A stretch of 63,520 nucleotides of DNA, the filler included, from Methanobacteriota archaeon (lineage in GTDB: Archaea > JACRDV01), in NCBI GenBank assembly GCA_024860865.1. It is 6 parts of 6 records of this genome, joined end to end, with 100 filler letters (N's around TTAATTAATTAA, not from the genome) between each part and the next. Parts side by side here need not be neighbours in the genome. Positions count along the whole stretch, not along the records: positions 28,620 to 53,047 come from JACRDV010000082.1; positions 53,148 to 55,813 come from JACRDV010000080.1; positions 55,914 to 60,475 come from JACRDV010000084.1; positions 60,576 to 63,520 come from JACRDV010000086.1; 2 more parts are not named here. One strand, written 5' to 3'. Shown piece by piece: positions 50,272 to 61,282 of the stretch. Position numbers and translations under genes: made by a program. The number at the start of each line of letters is the position of its first letter. The stretch's first letter is position 1. The notes beneath the pieces are model-generated. The model was not told the origin of the DNA. It worked only from the letters and a program-made list of their open reading frames with translations, and did not search any database.

Positions 50272-50621
50272 GTTTTAGTCTCAATTTTTATGTCTACTTT
50301 TAAATATTGGGTTTTTAAACTAGAATGATGAAGTTAGTTTGTATTTATCTTTCTTAGAAATATAACTATCATAGAAATTGTATTTTTCTACAAATTGAAA
50401 AAATTAGTTTATAGTAACTTTAAATATCTTTAAAAATTAATACGAAAAGAGAAGAATTAGGGCAATCAGTTTGCTAGTTATAGGAGAAGAACAATACTAG
50501 TTGCTACGCCACTTTCGTTATCATCCCAAGGCAATTATTTTTATCCTTTAATCAACATTGTAGTAAATAATTTAAATTAATATTCTCCATAATTATATCA
50601 TTCTCTGTTCAAGTGGACTAA

Positions 50622-51545
50622 ATGATAGCTGATAATTTTGGAAGGCCTCTAACTGGCTTGAGAATTTCAGTTACTCAGCGTTGCAACTTAAACTGTATTT
50701 ATTGCCATAAAGAAGGGGAAGGGGAAAGCCAACTTGAGATGGAGCCAGAGGAAATAGCCAGAATCATAAAAATTGCAACTCATTTTGGTGTTAAAAAAGT
50801 AAAAATTACGGGTGGAGAGCCATTAATCCGAGATGATATAGTTAATATTATAGATAGATTAGCTAAACTTGATGGAATCAAAGATTTATCGATTACAACG
50901 AATGCAACATTACTTAAAGAAAAGGCAAAAGAACTGGCAAATGCTGGATTAGATAGAGTTAATGTGAGTTTAGACACGCTCAATCCAAAAATATTTTCTT
51001 TCATAACTAAATCTGATTTTCTTAATACAGTGAAAGAAGGAATAGCTGAAGCAATAGCACAAAAAATGCTGGTCAAAATTAACATGGTAGTTATGCGCGG
51101 CATTAATGATGCTGAAGTTTCAGCTATGCTTGAATACGCTAAAAATATTAATGCAACACTTCAATTGATTGAGTTATTGCGCACATCTTCTAATCAAGAG
51201 TTTTTTGATAGGTATCATAATGATATGACTCAAATTGAAAAAATACTCGAAATTGAAGCAACTGATGTTCTTACAAGAAGATTTATGCATAATAGATTGG
51301 TTTATATTTTAGACGGAGTTAAAGCTGAGATAGTTAGACCGATGGACAATTCAGAATTTTGTTATCATTGTACAAGGATGAGAATAACTTCGGATGGGAA
51401 GTTTAAACCTTGTTTAATGAGAAATGACAATTTAATTGATTTCTTAACTCCGATGAGAGCTGGAGCAACAGATGATCAGCTCAAAGAACTGTTTAGGCAA
51501 GCAGTCATGCTAAGGGAACCGTTTTACAAAAAGCCTAAGGAATAG
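50622..51545 (+). CDS. moaA: GTP 3',8-cyclase MoaA
   Basis: DNFGR, LRISVTQRCNLNCIYC, TGGEPL, FCYHCTRMRITSDGKFKPCL. Confidence 0.95.
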   Translation: MIADNFGRPLTGLRISVTQRCNLNCIYCHKEGEGESQLEMEPEEIARIIKIATHFGVKKVKITGGEPLIRDDIVNIIDRLAKLDGIKDLSITTNATLLKEKAKELANAGLDRVNVSLDTLNPKIFSFITKSDFLNTVKEGIAEAIAQKMLVKINMVVMRGINDAEVSAMLEYAKNINATLQLIELLRTSSNQEFFDRYHNDMTQIEKILEIEATDVLTRRFMHNRLVYILDGVKAEIVRPMDNSEFCYHCTRMRITSDGKFKPCLMRNDNLIDFLTPMRAGATDDQLKELFRQAVMLREPFYKKPKE

Positions 51546-51547
51546 CA

Positions 51548-52807
51548 ATGGCATCAGTTAGAATGCGAGGTTTCCTCGGAACAACTAGTTTCCTAGAAGC
51601 AAGGAAGAAATTTTTTGATGCCGCTAATCCTAAAGTGTCTGAGTCTGAAAAAATTTCAATTTATGGGGCTCTTGGAAGAGTTTTGGCTGAAGATGTTATT
51701 GCTGAAGATGATGTTCCCAATTTTGATAGAGCAGCAATGGATGGGTTTGCAGTTAGAGCAAGCGATACTTTTGGGGCCTCTCAAACCAATCCAATTATAT
51801 TTGAAGTTATAGGCCAAGTGCAGATTGGCAGTATTTTTGATGTAAAAATTGGAAAAAATCAAGCAGCTTCTATCGTTACTGGAGCTACATTACCTGAAGG
51901 TGCTGATGCAGTAGTTATGCTCGAGTACACTAGAAGGTTAAGAGAAAACGAAATTGAAATTATCACTTCAATTACTCCTGGAGAAAATGTATCTAAAAGA
52001 GGCGAAGACATCAAAAAGGGAGAGATCATCCTCAGGAAAGGAGCAATTCTTAAACCTCAAGATATTGGAGTCATAGCTTCTCTTAATCGGACATTGGTTG
52101 AAGTGGTAAGAAAGCCCATAGTTGCAGTCATGACAACTGGAAATGAATTAGTTGAACCTGGAGAAACTATCCAACCTGGAAAGATAATTGATACAGATAG
52201 AATAGTTCTTCTCAATATGGTGCTTGAAGCTGGTGGAATACCTTTAGATTTAGGAAGAGCGCAGGATAATCTTGAAGAAATTAAATCGAAACTAAAAATT
52301 GGTGCAGAAAAGGCTGACATAGTGGTGATTACTGGCGGCACATCAGTGGGCATAAGAGACTACGTTCATGAGGCAATTGAAAGTCTAGGAAAACTAATTG
52401 TTCATGGTATAGCAATGAGGCCTGCAAAGCCAACTGGGCTTGGAATTATTGGTGGAAAACCAGTAGTTTCTTTATCAGGTTACCCGGTTGCTGCAATGGT
52501 GGGATTTGATCAATTTGTAAAACCATTAATTGAAAAAATGTCGGGAAAATGCGAAGAACTTAAGCCAATTATAAGGGCGCAATCTACTAGGAGGATAGCA
52601 TCATCTCCAGGTGTGAGAGAATTTATAAGAGTTATTGTATTCGAGAAAGATGGAAAACTTTTTTTTGAACCGTTAAAAATTCGTGGCTCTGGGATTCTTT
52701 CTTCTATGGTAAAGGCAAATGGTTTGGTAATAATACCTGAAAACAAAGAAGGTATAGAAGCTGGGGAAGAAGTTGAAATTACTTTATTCAAACCAATCGT
52801 GAAGTGA
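51548..52807 (+). CDS. moeA: Molybdopterin molybdenum/tungsten transferase MoeA
   Basis: FDRAAMDGFAV, TGATLPEGADAVVMLE, TTGNEL, TGGTSVG, LSGYPVA. Confidence 0.95.
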   Translation: MASVRMRGFLGTTSFLEARKKFFDAANPKVSESEKISIYGALGRVLAEDVIAEDDVPNFDRAAMDGFAVRASDTFGASQTNPIIFEVIGQVQIGSIFDVKIGKNQAASIVTGATLPEGADAVVMLEYTRRLRENEIEIITSITPGENVSKRGEDIKKGEIILRKGAILKPQDIGVIASLNRTLVEVVRKPIVAVMTTGNELVEPGETIQPGKIIDTDRIVLLNMVLEAGGIPLDLGRAQDNLEEIKSKLKIGAEKADIVVITGGTSVGIRDYVHEAIESLGKLIVHGIAMRPAKPTGLGIIGGKPVVSLSGYPVAAMVGFDQFVKPLIEKMSGKCEELKPIIRAQSTRRIASSPGVREFIRVIVFEKDGKLFFEPLKIRGSGILSSMVKANGLVIIPENKEGIEAGEEVEITLFKPIVK

Positions 52808-53047
52808 ATGGGTAAAAAATTTTTCCTACAAGTTCTATCATCAAACTTTTCAAGCAATTAATTTTGCTCCAATCTAAAGTAAAATTTAAAAAAATTCGCT
52901 TTAACTCCCAAATAGGAAAGTTAAGCGAACAAAAAGTTCGCAAAATACTCGTTATATGAAATCGTGGACTTCGGGCGTAAAAATGATGAAATATAAAAAG
53001 TCGAAATCTATACCTAAATAGAAGGAGGTAAAACTATGGAAAACACA

Positions 53048-53147
53048 NNNNNNNNNNNNNNNNNNNNNNNNNNNNNNNNNNNNNNNNNNNNTTAATTAAT
53101 TAANNNNNNNNNNNNNNNNNNNNNNNNNNNNNNNNNNNNNNNNNNNN
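53048..53147. other. Artificial contig spacer
   Basis: N-run, TTAATTAATTAA, N-run. Confidence 0.99.
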
Positions 53148-53148
53148 T

Positions 53149-53532
53149 GAACAAGCTGCTAAAAGACTTAACGGAGTTCTCAGCGAAAACATAGCGGATT
53201 ATGCTATACTTATTAAAGCAGAAGAAATTGGCAAAGATTCAAAAATTCTCGAAGATTTTGAATCCAGATGGAAAGACAAAGGTCATGTAATTAGCATTGG
53301 TGATAATGAGAAGAATACCCTTAGCATGCTCAGCGCTAAAGCTGGGAGTTCTCCAACTAATTTAGAGGAAATCGATCTTTTTAAGAAAATATTTACTATA
53401 TTGGAAAATACACAAGAGGTATCCATAAAAGAGATTTCTGTAGAAGAGATTGCGCCAGATATGCTCGAGATAGATGAAGAACAAGATTGGATACTCGAAG
53501 AAAGCATTAAATTAAAAAATATTAAGGATTAA
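53149..53532 (+). CDS. Hypothetical protein, 5'-truncated by contig start
   Basis: Open frame from the contig edge, EQAAKRLNG...KLKNIKD. Confidence 0.55.
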   Translation, partial: EQAAKRLNGVLSENIADYAILIKAEEIGKDSKILEDFESRWKDKGHVISIGDNEKNTLSMLSAKAGSSPTNLEEIDLFKKIFTILENTQEVSIKEISVEEIAPDMLEIDEEQDWILEESIKLKNIKD

Positions 53533-53597
53533 AAAAGTTTTTAAAATTAGTATTCTTTGAGAAAAAACTAATTTTAGTCAATTAAATTTTGTTATTT

Positions 53598-54590
53598 TCA
53601 AAGCTCCAAGATCCTACCGAGTTTTTGTTTTATCGCTTCATTGTATATGAAGTATGCAGTCACTACATCCTGCACTGCAAGCCCAGTTGAATCGAAAACC
53701 GTAATTTCTTCGTCTGAAATTCTTCCAGACTTTTTTCCTGCTATGATCTCACCAAGCTCCCCACAAATATCCTCTTTTTTAATTAATCCTTTTTTAACTG
53801 GAACATTGATTTCTCCGCCATGCCAAGCTTGCTCAAAGTCGTCGACTATAATTTTTGATCGTTTTAATATCAACGGCTCAAGCTCTTCTTTTCCAGAGGC
53901 ATCAGCACCGATCGCATTGATGTGAGCTCCTTTATTAACCCAATCATTTTGAACAATTGGCTCACGTGCTGGAGTTGTTGTAACAATAATATCAGAACCC
54001 ATAACTGCATCTTTTGGAGAATCAAAAATTTTAAAATTTAGATTAAACCCAAGAGCTTGCATTTCTTGAACAAATTTCTCACTAGAGGTTCTTGTCCTAC
54101 TCCAAACTCTAACCTCGTCAATTTTAGGCAATATTTCTTTAGCAGCCATTAATTGTGTGCGAGCTTGAGCGCCTGCTCCAATCATGCTAATTATTCTAGA
54201 ATTTTTTCTAGCGAGATATTTAATCGCAATTCCACCTGCTGCTCCGGTTCTCATATTTGTGATATATGTTCCATCCATTAGGGCAATTGTGCTCCCAGTC
54301 TTCGGGTCATTTAAAACAATTACTGCCATCACACATGGCAATCCATATTTTTCCGGGTTATTTGGATGAGAATTTACAATCTTTACTCCTGCAATGTCAA
54401 GTGTTTCAATATATGCCGGCATTGCCCTTAGGTCGCCCTCATATTTTTTAAAATTCAAAAGAAGTTTTGCAGGCATTTGAACCTGATTTAAGCCCTTTGC
54501 CTTAAATGCTTCCTCATTTGCTTCCAAAGCTTTTCTCATATTCAAAACTTTTTTAACATCAGCATCAGATAACCATAGAACTTTTACCAC
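53598..54590 (-). CDS. ala: Alanine dehydrogenase (ornithine cyclodeaminase / mu-crystallin family)
   Basis: GDLRAMPAY, GVKIVNSHPNN, MRTGAAG, IGAGAQA, HINAIGAD, FDSTGLAVQD. Confidence 0.88.
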   Translation of the reverse strand: MVKVLWLSDADVKKVLNMRKALEANEEAFKAKGLNQVQMPAKLLLNFKKYEGDLRAMPAYIETLDIAGVKIVNSHPNNPEKYGLPCVMAVIVLNDPKTGSTIALMDGTYITNMRTGAAGGIAIKYLARKNSRIISMIGAGAQARTQLMAAKEILPKIDEVRVWSRTRTSSEKFVQEMQALGFNLNFKIFDSPKDAVMGSDIIVTTTPAREPIVQNDWVNKGAHINAIGADASGKEELEPLILKRSKIIVDDFEQAWHGGEINVPVKKGLIKKEDICGELGEIIAGKKSGRISDEEITVFDSTGLAVQDVVTAYFIYNEAIKQKLGRILEL

Positions 54591-54662
54591 TTAAACCCTC
54601 CAAATTCATATGGATTATCGACTTTAAATGACTATATAATTAATATTTTCTGGTGTTGCAAA

Positions 54663-55571
54663 ATAAGCATTCTAACTAAGTTTGGAATATTAGTTGGACT
54701 TATTGTTCTAGGTTATACTTTCAAAAGAGCACGGATTTTGATAAAAAGCCCCCAAATACTTCATAAAACTTTAATATATATCACATTGCCGGCACTAGTC
54801 CTTGAGACATTTTGGAAATTAGAACTTAAAAGTTCCTATTTGAAACTTACTCTCGCTGCCCTCACCATTGTTTTAATTTGCGCTGGTATTAGTTTTATAC
54901 TTTCGAGTTTCTTTAACTTCCAGAAAATCTCAAGGGGGAGTTTTATAGTAACTTCCGCGCATGCTAATACTGGTTTTCTTGGATATCCAATTTGTTTTTA
55001 TTTTTTTGGTTTGCCTGGGCTAGCATATGCGGTTTTTTACGACCTAGGAATGTTCCTATCGTTGTTAACGTTAATAACTTTTATTTCAATTTACTATAGA
55101 AATGGAAAAACTTCGATTTTTGTTGGATTGAAAAATTATTTAACTTTTCCGCCGCTAGTAGCACTTTTGCTCGGATCTTCGCTCTATTATTTGGATATAA
55201 ATGCTCCAGATTTCATTTTTACTACACTGCATTATGTTGGATTGGTAAGTCTGCCACTTGTAGTACTTTCTTTGGGTCTAGTGCTTGAGCTTTCAGCAAT
55301 TAGAAAATCAGTTATGCCAGCAATAGCCGTGAGTGTGATAAGGCTGATAGTCTCTCCAATAATAGGGGTAGTAGTTGCAACTATGTTCGATATAATAGAT
55401 CTAGGAAAAAATATTGCTATTGTTCAAGCAGCTATGCCAAGCGGCTTAATGCCGCTGGTATTGGCTGTTTATTATAAGTTAGACCTCAAATTAGTATCAG
55501 CAGCTATATTTTTAAGCACAATCTTAAGCTTCATTACATTACCGCTAATTTTTATTTTGATTTCCAAGTGA
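54663..55571 (+). CDS. AEC (auxin efflux carrier) family transporter; start non-canonical or uncertain
   Basis: YITLPALV, ANTGFLGYP, QAAMPSG; first TM helix LIVLGYTFKR lies upstream of the TTG at 54738. Confidence 0.85.
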   Translation: MSILTKFGILVGLIVLGYTFKRARILIKSPQILHKTLIYITLPALVLETFWKLELKSSYLKLTLAALTIVLICAGISFILSSFFNFQKISRGSFIVTSAHANTGFLGYPICFYFFGLPGLAYAVFYDLGMFLSLLTLITFISIYYRNGKTSIFVGLKNYLTFPPLVALLLGSSLYYLDINAPDFIFTTLHYVGLVSLPLVVLSLGLVLELSAIRKSVMPAIAVSVIRLIVSPIIGVVVATMFDIIDLGKNIAIVQAAMPSGLMPLVLAVYYKLDLKLVSAAIFLSTILSFITLPLIFILISK

Positions 55572-55813
55572 ATAGAACACTGATTCTTTGGAGCTTAAGC
55601 GGCTCTTAATACTCAATACTCAAAAAGTAGTTTTTAAAAATTCACTCAAGCAACTTATGCATGTGAATTACTTTTTCTATATTGTTTAATTTTTCTCTTG
55701 CTTCACTAAGTCTTAGTTCAATTGCAGTTGATATATATTTCTCCATGATAACCTTGCGTGGATTAACTATTTTGAAATTGACCCACTTAGTGTTATGAGC
55801 AACTGTTCGAAAA

Positions 55814-55913
55814 NNNNNNNNNNNNNNNNNNNNNNNNNNNNNNNNNNNNNNNNNNNNTTAATTAATTAANNNNNNNNNNNNNNNNNNNNNNNNNNNNNNN
55901 NNNNNNNNNNNNN
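55814..55913. other. Artificial contig spacer
   Basis: N-run, TTAATTAATTAA, N-run. Confidence 0.99.
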
Positions 55914-56779
55914 AAAAAAGATTTCGAACCACGGACTTTATGCAAGTTGTTTTTTGTTAGTTTTTAATAACAGTTTATTACCGAAGAAAATGATCTAATG
56001 AGAAAAAGAAAGAAGTGAGAGAAATAAAAGAAACCAACTTTAATACAGTTGGGAAGAAATGCCTTGCTTTATCTTTTAAAATGCTTGAGAATTTTTTGTT
56101 TCATGTGTAATTGCGTGAAAGCTGAGAAGTTCCTTATCCTGAGATTCAATAATTTTTTAGTCAAATTTATCTGAAGTAGAAGTTTCATGAAGTCATCTAA
56201 TTTAAACATTTAAGGAAGAACTGAAGTATCATAAACCAATAGACATATCTTTTTAGTGGTTGATATTGAGAAGCGACTTCAGCAAGAACCATAAACCCCG
56301 TATCTCAAATTTTTCTGGCGAATAACTTTATTGAGTATAACGCATCCATTTTATATTGTACTAAAGAAATTGTATTTGCTGACTGCTATCAAAAATTCTT
56401 CATCTCTGTTTTCAGCAGCTGACACAAGTTTGGGAAAATTGCCGAGCATGAGATTCAATATTCTTTTCGCTGATTTTCTTAACTCAAGTCGATATAGATC
56501 GCCCGTAAGCAACCAAGGACATTATTTATAGAATTATCACTCATAGTTGATATCAAAAAAATTAAGATCATCAAAATATAAGAAACACAGTTTTTTATTC
56601 AACTAACACTAAATTGGTTTTGAATTAAGGTTTAATTCAGATTAGCAATAAAAAATTAGAATGCCACCACTAACATACGAGCAAAATTGCTAAATAAAAG
56701 CCTTTACTCAAATTGGCTTATTATCAGTTTATCGAAATTAATTATATAAATGCCTAAGCCTAATTTAAACTTGAAAGAG

Positions 56780-57115
56780 GTGGTTCAAACGAGGCTCCTT
56801 AAAGACGAGAAAGGAATATTTGGCCTAGGATATCCAGAGGTATTACTGATTTTCCTAGTCGTTTTGTTATTGTTTGGCCCTAAGAAGTTGCCAGAGCTTG
56901 CGAAAGCTGTAGGAGATGCTATCAGAAAATACAGAGAGTCAAGCAGCGGAATTGTTTCTGAGCCTGAAAAGAAAGTGCCAGCTCCAGCTCCTAAAGAGGA
57001 TGTTCTAATAAAAGCTGCAGAAAGGCTGGGTATAAAGACAGAAGGAAAAACCTCTGATGAATTGGCTCAAGAAATAGCCAAGGCTGTTGCTGAAGGCAAA
57101 GAAAAAACAAAGTAA
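56780..57115 (+). CDS. tatA: Twin-arginine translocase TatA (start uncertain)
   Basis: GYPEVLLIFLVVLLLFGPKKLPELAKAVG; archaeal tail AAERLGIKTEGKT; upstream of tatC. Confidence 0.92.
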   Translation: MVQTRLLKDEKGIFGLGYPEVLLIFLVVLLLFGPKKLPELAKAVGDAIRKYRESSSGIVSEPEKKVPAPAPKEDVLIKAAERLGIKTEGKTSDELAQEIAKAVAEGKEKTK

Positions 57116-57164
57116 CTAATTTTTTTAAAGGGCAATAACTACCAAAAAAGAGGCCCCCCGACAC

Positions 57165-57935
57165 ATGGCAGAAGTAGTGGCAAGTATATGGGATCATTTA
57201 GATGAACTCAGTCACCGATTGCGCATAATTGTCTATTCAGTTATTATATCTTCTACAGCAGTTGCTGCCTTCCCAATTGGCCTTACAAAGGGAAAGTTTG
57301 AATTGAGTGAATTGAGTTACTCTCCACTCATAGGCGATATCTTAAAAAGAGTGCAAACAGACCTCCTACCAAAAGAGGCATCTCTCATCGCCCATAGTTG
57401 GTGGGACCCCATTTGGTGTTATCTTTTACTATCGCTTCTGTTTGGAGTGATAATTTCTTCTCCTGTTATTGCTTATGAAATGTATAAATTTCTAAATCCA
57501 GCTCTTCTTCCAACAGAAAGAAAGATACTTTCTAGTTTTATAATCTCGATTGTTGTGCTTTTTTTGGCTGGAGGAGTTTTTGCATATAAGTTTATTCTTC
57601 CAGTTACATTCTTAATTTTGATGAAGTTCACCATTTATTCAGGTGCATTGCCCATCTTTGCGCTTCAAGATTTCGTTTCATTCCTAGTTTGGTCTATGGT
57701 TGGAATGGGATTTGCTTTTACATTTCCAGTATGGACTACTCTTGCAGTTAAGCTGGGTTGGCTAAGTGCACAAACTCTAGCTTCAAATAGAAAAGTCGCA
57801 GTGATTTGTATAATTGTTATCGCAGGGATTATAACCCCTGATCCTACTATTTTAAGCATGCTAATCCTTTCGGTGCCTCTCCTTGTTCTGTACGAATTTT
57901 CAGTATGGGTATCTCGTTGGGTTAAGGTAGAGTGA
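57165..57935 (+). CDS. tatC: Twin-arginine translocase TatC
   Basis: WDHLDELSHRL, FLNPALLPTE, GIITPDPT, LYEFS. Confidence 0.93.
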   Translation: MAEVVASIWDHLDELSHRLRIIVYSVIISSTAVAAFPIGLTKGKFELSELSYSPLIGDILKRVQTDLLPKEASLIAHSWWDPIWCYLLLSLLFGVIISSPVIAYEMYKFLNPALLPTERKILSSFIISIVVLFLAGGVFAYKFILPVTFLILMKFTIYSGALPIFALQDFVSFLVWSMVGMGFAFTFPVWTTLAVKLGWLSAQTLASNRKVAVICIIVIAGIITPDPTILSMLILSVPLLVLYEFSVWVSRWVKVE

Positions 57936-57990
57936 AAACGATTCAGAAGGCTCTTATACCACAAGTGCGAAAACCGAGGTAGGGATTTTA

Positions 57991-58152
57991 ATGGAAAGCG
58001 GACCTGTTAAAAAAGCTTTAGGATTTTTAATACTAATAGTCGGAGTCATTGGTCTTACATACATGTTAAGCCCGATCTACTCAGCTGACGCAATTATTTA
58101 TGCAATTTTGTTGGTGTTGATTGTTTTGGGCTATGAATGGGCGATGCATTAA
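57991..58152 (+). CDS. Small two-TM membrane protein (53 aa), missing from the ORF track
   Basis: MESGPVKKALGFLILIVGVIGLTYMLSPIYSADAIIYAILLVLIVLGYEWAMH. Confidence 0.55.
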   Translation: MESGPVKKALGFLILIVGVIGLTYMLSPIYSADAIIYAILLVLIVLGYEWAMH

Positions 58153-58304
58153 ACACTTTTCAGCTTAATTTAAAAATTTTAATATTTTTTTATGAATTAT
58201 AAAAAAATTTATATGTATGCCTACTTTAAAGAGGACTAACTTAAACTATCTCAGTTTTTGATAGGAGTTATAAAAAACCAATTTAGAATAAGGAGATTAA
58301 CCAC

Positions 58305-59333
58305 GTGAAGTTTTCGGCGCTTCCAGATGTTGATCAAAGCATAAATTTGGGGCCTCAAGCACCATCAGAGGCCAATTTATTGTTAAACGAAAAATTTCAA
58401 AGTTATATCCAGGAAACAAGGCATTTAGTCAATACAAAACTTGAAGAATTGACTTCAAGTATCTCTGAGCTGAGAGTTGGTTCTTATCTTAAATATGCGC
58501 TGCTTTCAAGAGGTAAAAGGCTCAGGCCAATCTTAACTATCTTATCATCTCAATCAGTTGGAGGCGATAAAAATTCTATTGTTTCTCTTGCACTAGCAAT
58601 TGAACTTCTCCATGGAGCTACGTTGGTTCACGATGATGTTATAGATGAAGATGAATTGCGAAGAGACATTCCAACAATCCATAAAAAATGGAGTATAAAT
58701 GACGCAATAATAGTTGGAGATGCAATGATTTCGCTTGCAATAAATTTAGCTGCAGATTACGGCCCAGATATTATGAAGATAGTATCTGAATGTGGATTAG
58801 AGCTTTGTGAAGGCGAGCTTTTAGACATGTCTCTTTCATTAAGAAGATCTACTGAAGATGATTGTTTTTTGAAAATTAAAAGGAAGTCGGCCTCTTTGTT
58901 TAGAGTCTCTGCACAAGTTGGAGCATTATTTGGCGGTGGATCACCTGTTGAAGTCGAGTCTTTGGCTAGATTTGGTGAATATTTTGGGATTGCTTATCAA
59001 ATTAGAGATGACCTTTTAGATTTAACCGAAAATAAAATTCCAAGCGATTTAAAAAATGGAAGAATAACCTTACCAATAATCAACTTCTATAACAATTCTG
59101 ATTCTTATGCGAAAAATCTCTTAGAAGAAAATTTTGGGAAAAATAACATTAAAAGAGATACTATTATAGAAATCGTTGATAAAATGAAAGAAACTGACTC
59201 TATAGCATATTGTGAACAAAAAATTGAAGAAAATCTAAGAGAGGCAACTGCAAGTCTTAGCTCGATTAAAGAGTCAGAATTTAAAACATATCTTAAAGAT
59301 TTTTCAAAATTTATTTTGAACTCTGCTAAGTAA
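58305..59333 (+). CDS. Polyprenyl diphosphate synthase
   Basis: GKRLRP, LVHDDVIDEDELRR, AIIVGD, YQIRDDLLD, SDLKNGRITLP. Confidence 0.92.
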   Translation: MKFSALPDVDQSINLGPQAPSEANLLLNEKFQSYIQETRHLVNTKLEELTSSISELRVGSYLKYALLSRGKRLRPILTILSSQSVGGDKNSIVSLALAIELLHGATLVHDDVIDEDELRRDIPTIHKKWSINDAIIVGDAMISLAINLAADYGPDIMKIVSECGLELCEGELLDMSLSLRRSTEDDCFLKIKRKSASLFRVSAQVGALFGGGSPVEVESLARFGEYFGIAYQIRDDLLDLTENKIPSDLKNGRITLPIINFYNNSDSYAKNLLEENFGKNNIKRDTIIEIVDKMKETDSIAYCEQKIEENLREATASLSSIKESEFKTYLKDFSKFILNSAK

Positions 59334-59349
59334 AAAATCTTTTTACTTG

Positions 59350-60054
59350 TTATCCTTTTACGTAATGCCTTTCCCGTAAAACTCTGCTCCAATCACCAAG
59401 TTTTTGACCAAATACTATATCTGTTATAATTTGAACTAGGAAAAGAATTCCAATAAGAATTATAGACCACATAGGAGCGCTAACCGACATTGCGATGATT
59501 ACCACAATAAGTGGCATTATTTTAGTAACAATAGTACCCGAGGCATGCATAGCTATTCTAGATGATGGAGATACGCGTAAATATGAGGCATAATCTGTTT
59601 TAAGAGTTGGTTGAATCTTCAATGGTCCATTTAGAAAATAAAACGTAAAATGTATTCCGACTAATCTCCCCATTATATAGTGAGATAGTGGGTGAAGAGT
59701 CGTTCCAAGGATGAATGCTGCAATAAATAAAGCTGTGCCACGAATAAAATTGTTTGGAATAAACTCATTGGGATAGTTAATACTCAGAGCAATAAGCCAT
59801 AATCCGAATATTGTTCCTAATATTTCAAGAAAATGACCTATCCAAAGATTAACTGCAACAGGCATTTTTGTTCTAGATGCTATTTGGTCGATTCTTCCAA
59901 TTTGATCTGCAAATTTTTCGATTAAATTTAGATCTTTTTTAACTTCAGAAACAACTTTCCAAAATCCAAGCTCTTTGAGCGAATAATTTCCTTTGGATAC
60001 TTCTTGCTCTATTCTGTTAAGTTCAGCTTGAATTTTTGATACTTCAGTGAGCAC
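59350..60054 (-). CDS. Membrane protein, possibly a degenerate M50-like peptidase
   Basis: TM helices, HPLSH, MHASG, GDW. Confidence 0.5.
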   Translation of the reverse strand: MLTEVSKIQAELNRIEQEVSKGNYSLKELGFWKVVSEVKKDLNLIEKFADQIGRIDQIASRTKMPVAVNLWIGHFLEILGTIFGLWLIALSINYPNEFIPNNFIRGTALFIAAFILGTTLHPLSHYIMGRLVGIHFTFYFLNGPLKIQPTLKTDYASYLRVSPSSRIAMHASGTIVTKIMPLIVVIIAMSVSAPMWSIILIGILFLVQIITDIVFGQKLGDWSRVLRERHYVKG

Positions 60055-60475
60055 TATATTGTCTCTCCTTTAGCCATTCTCTAAAGCTATTTACCTTATC
60101 AATAATCCCTTTTTTCTCAAGCAACTCAAATGTCGTTTAACGTGTGTGAGTGGGTTTTAATTGTTTTTCAAAGAACTCTATGAAATAATTATTGGGTTAA
60201 ATAAAGCCGAGGCATCTGAGTTCAAAGGTCTTTTGGACAAACATATTGCCAATTCAAGTCAAGTAAGTTCAAAAGTTTTGCGTTTTTTTAAATTCAATTT
60301 TCTAGCTTTTTGAAAGAAATAGTCCGACATATGTCAGAATATAGTCAGAAAAGATAGAAATTCTCGAACTTTACTGAGGCATTGAGATAGGATTTTTGGG
60401 AAGGGCTCTCTGAGGTATTTCTATAGTCAGTTGAAAAAATGCAGGCGCAAAAGTAGATTTTAACGGCCATTTTGG

Positions 60476-60575
60476 NNNNNNNNNNNNNNNNNNNNNNNNN
60501 NNNNNNNNNNNNNNNNNNNTTAATTAATTAANNNNNNNNNNNNNNNNNNNNNNNNNNNNNNNNNNNNNNNNNNNN
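60476..60575. other. Artificial contig spacer
   Basis: N-run, TTAATTAATTAA, N-run. Confidence 0.99.
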
Positions 60576-61282
60576 ACAAGATTCACAGTTGGGTTTATTA
60601 TACCATACCTTACTAAATGAATTGGATTGAGCCCTTGATCTTCGGTTTTTTTGGCTTTAAAAGGATAATAAGCATTACTAGCCCCAATAAGAAATGCAAC
60701 TGGTGCAAAGTTTGCTATTTTGTGACCTGCAGCATATAAAATTTCTGGAATACCTAATGCAAGTGCTGTATATCCAACAGCACCTAGTGCCATTATTCTA
60801 GTATACTTATTGTAGAAATTGTCTTTTATATCACTCCATATCCCTTTAACATCAGGAATTAGGTATCTATTAATCCAAGATTTGGCGCCATCGTACATTG
60901 CTACAAAAGTTGCATTATAGGCAGTAAGAGCATAAGCTACTTTTCCAGCAGCATTTAAAAGCCCTGTGCCCGGAATTAAAGGGGATGTAAGGTCCCATAA
61001 CTTGGTTATAGGATAAATTATAGTGTTAATGGTTGCGTAATTTGTAATTGTGTCATTCACTATTTCATAAATTAATTTAGATTTGTCTTTAATTCTTTTG
61101 ATTAAACCTCCTGCAAGAGTTCCAAGTGCTAAACCCCCTCCTATGAAAACACCAGTCAATCCAACAAAGGGCATGCTTAACGCTGTTGCAGTTGTAGTTA
61201 CTACTGACTTATAGCCAAGCGTAAAAGCTTTCCTCATAAAGCCCTTGCTTTCCTTATCCCCAACTTTATGTTCTAAATCCAT
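60576..61282 (-). CDS. Hypothetical membrane protein, 3'-truncated by contig edge
   Basis: Long ORF with several hydrophobic segments and GAGG upstream. Confidence 0.6.

Noticed and set aside
55640-55813. Minus-strand partial ORF containing VAHNT, like an intein C-terminus
   Set aside because: It is at the contig edge with no block F visible, so the match may be chance.
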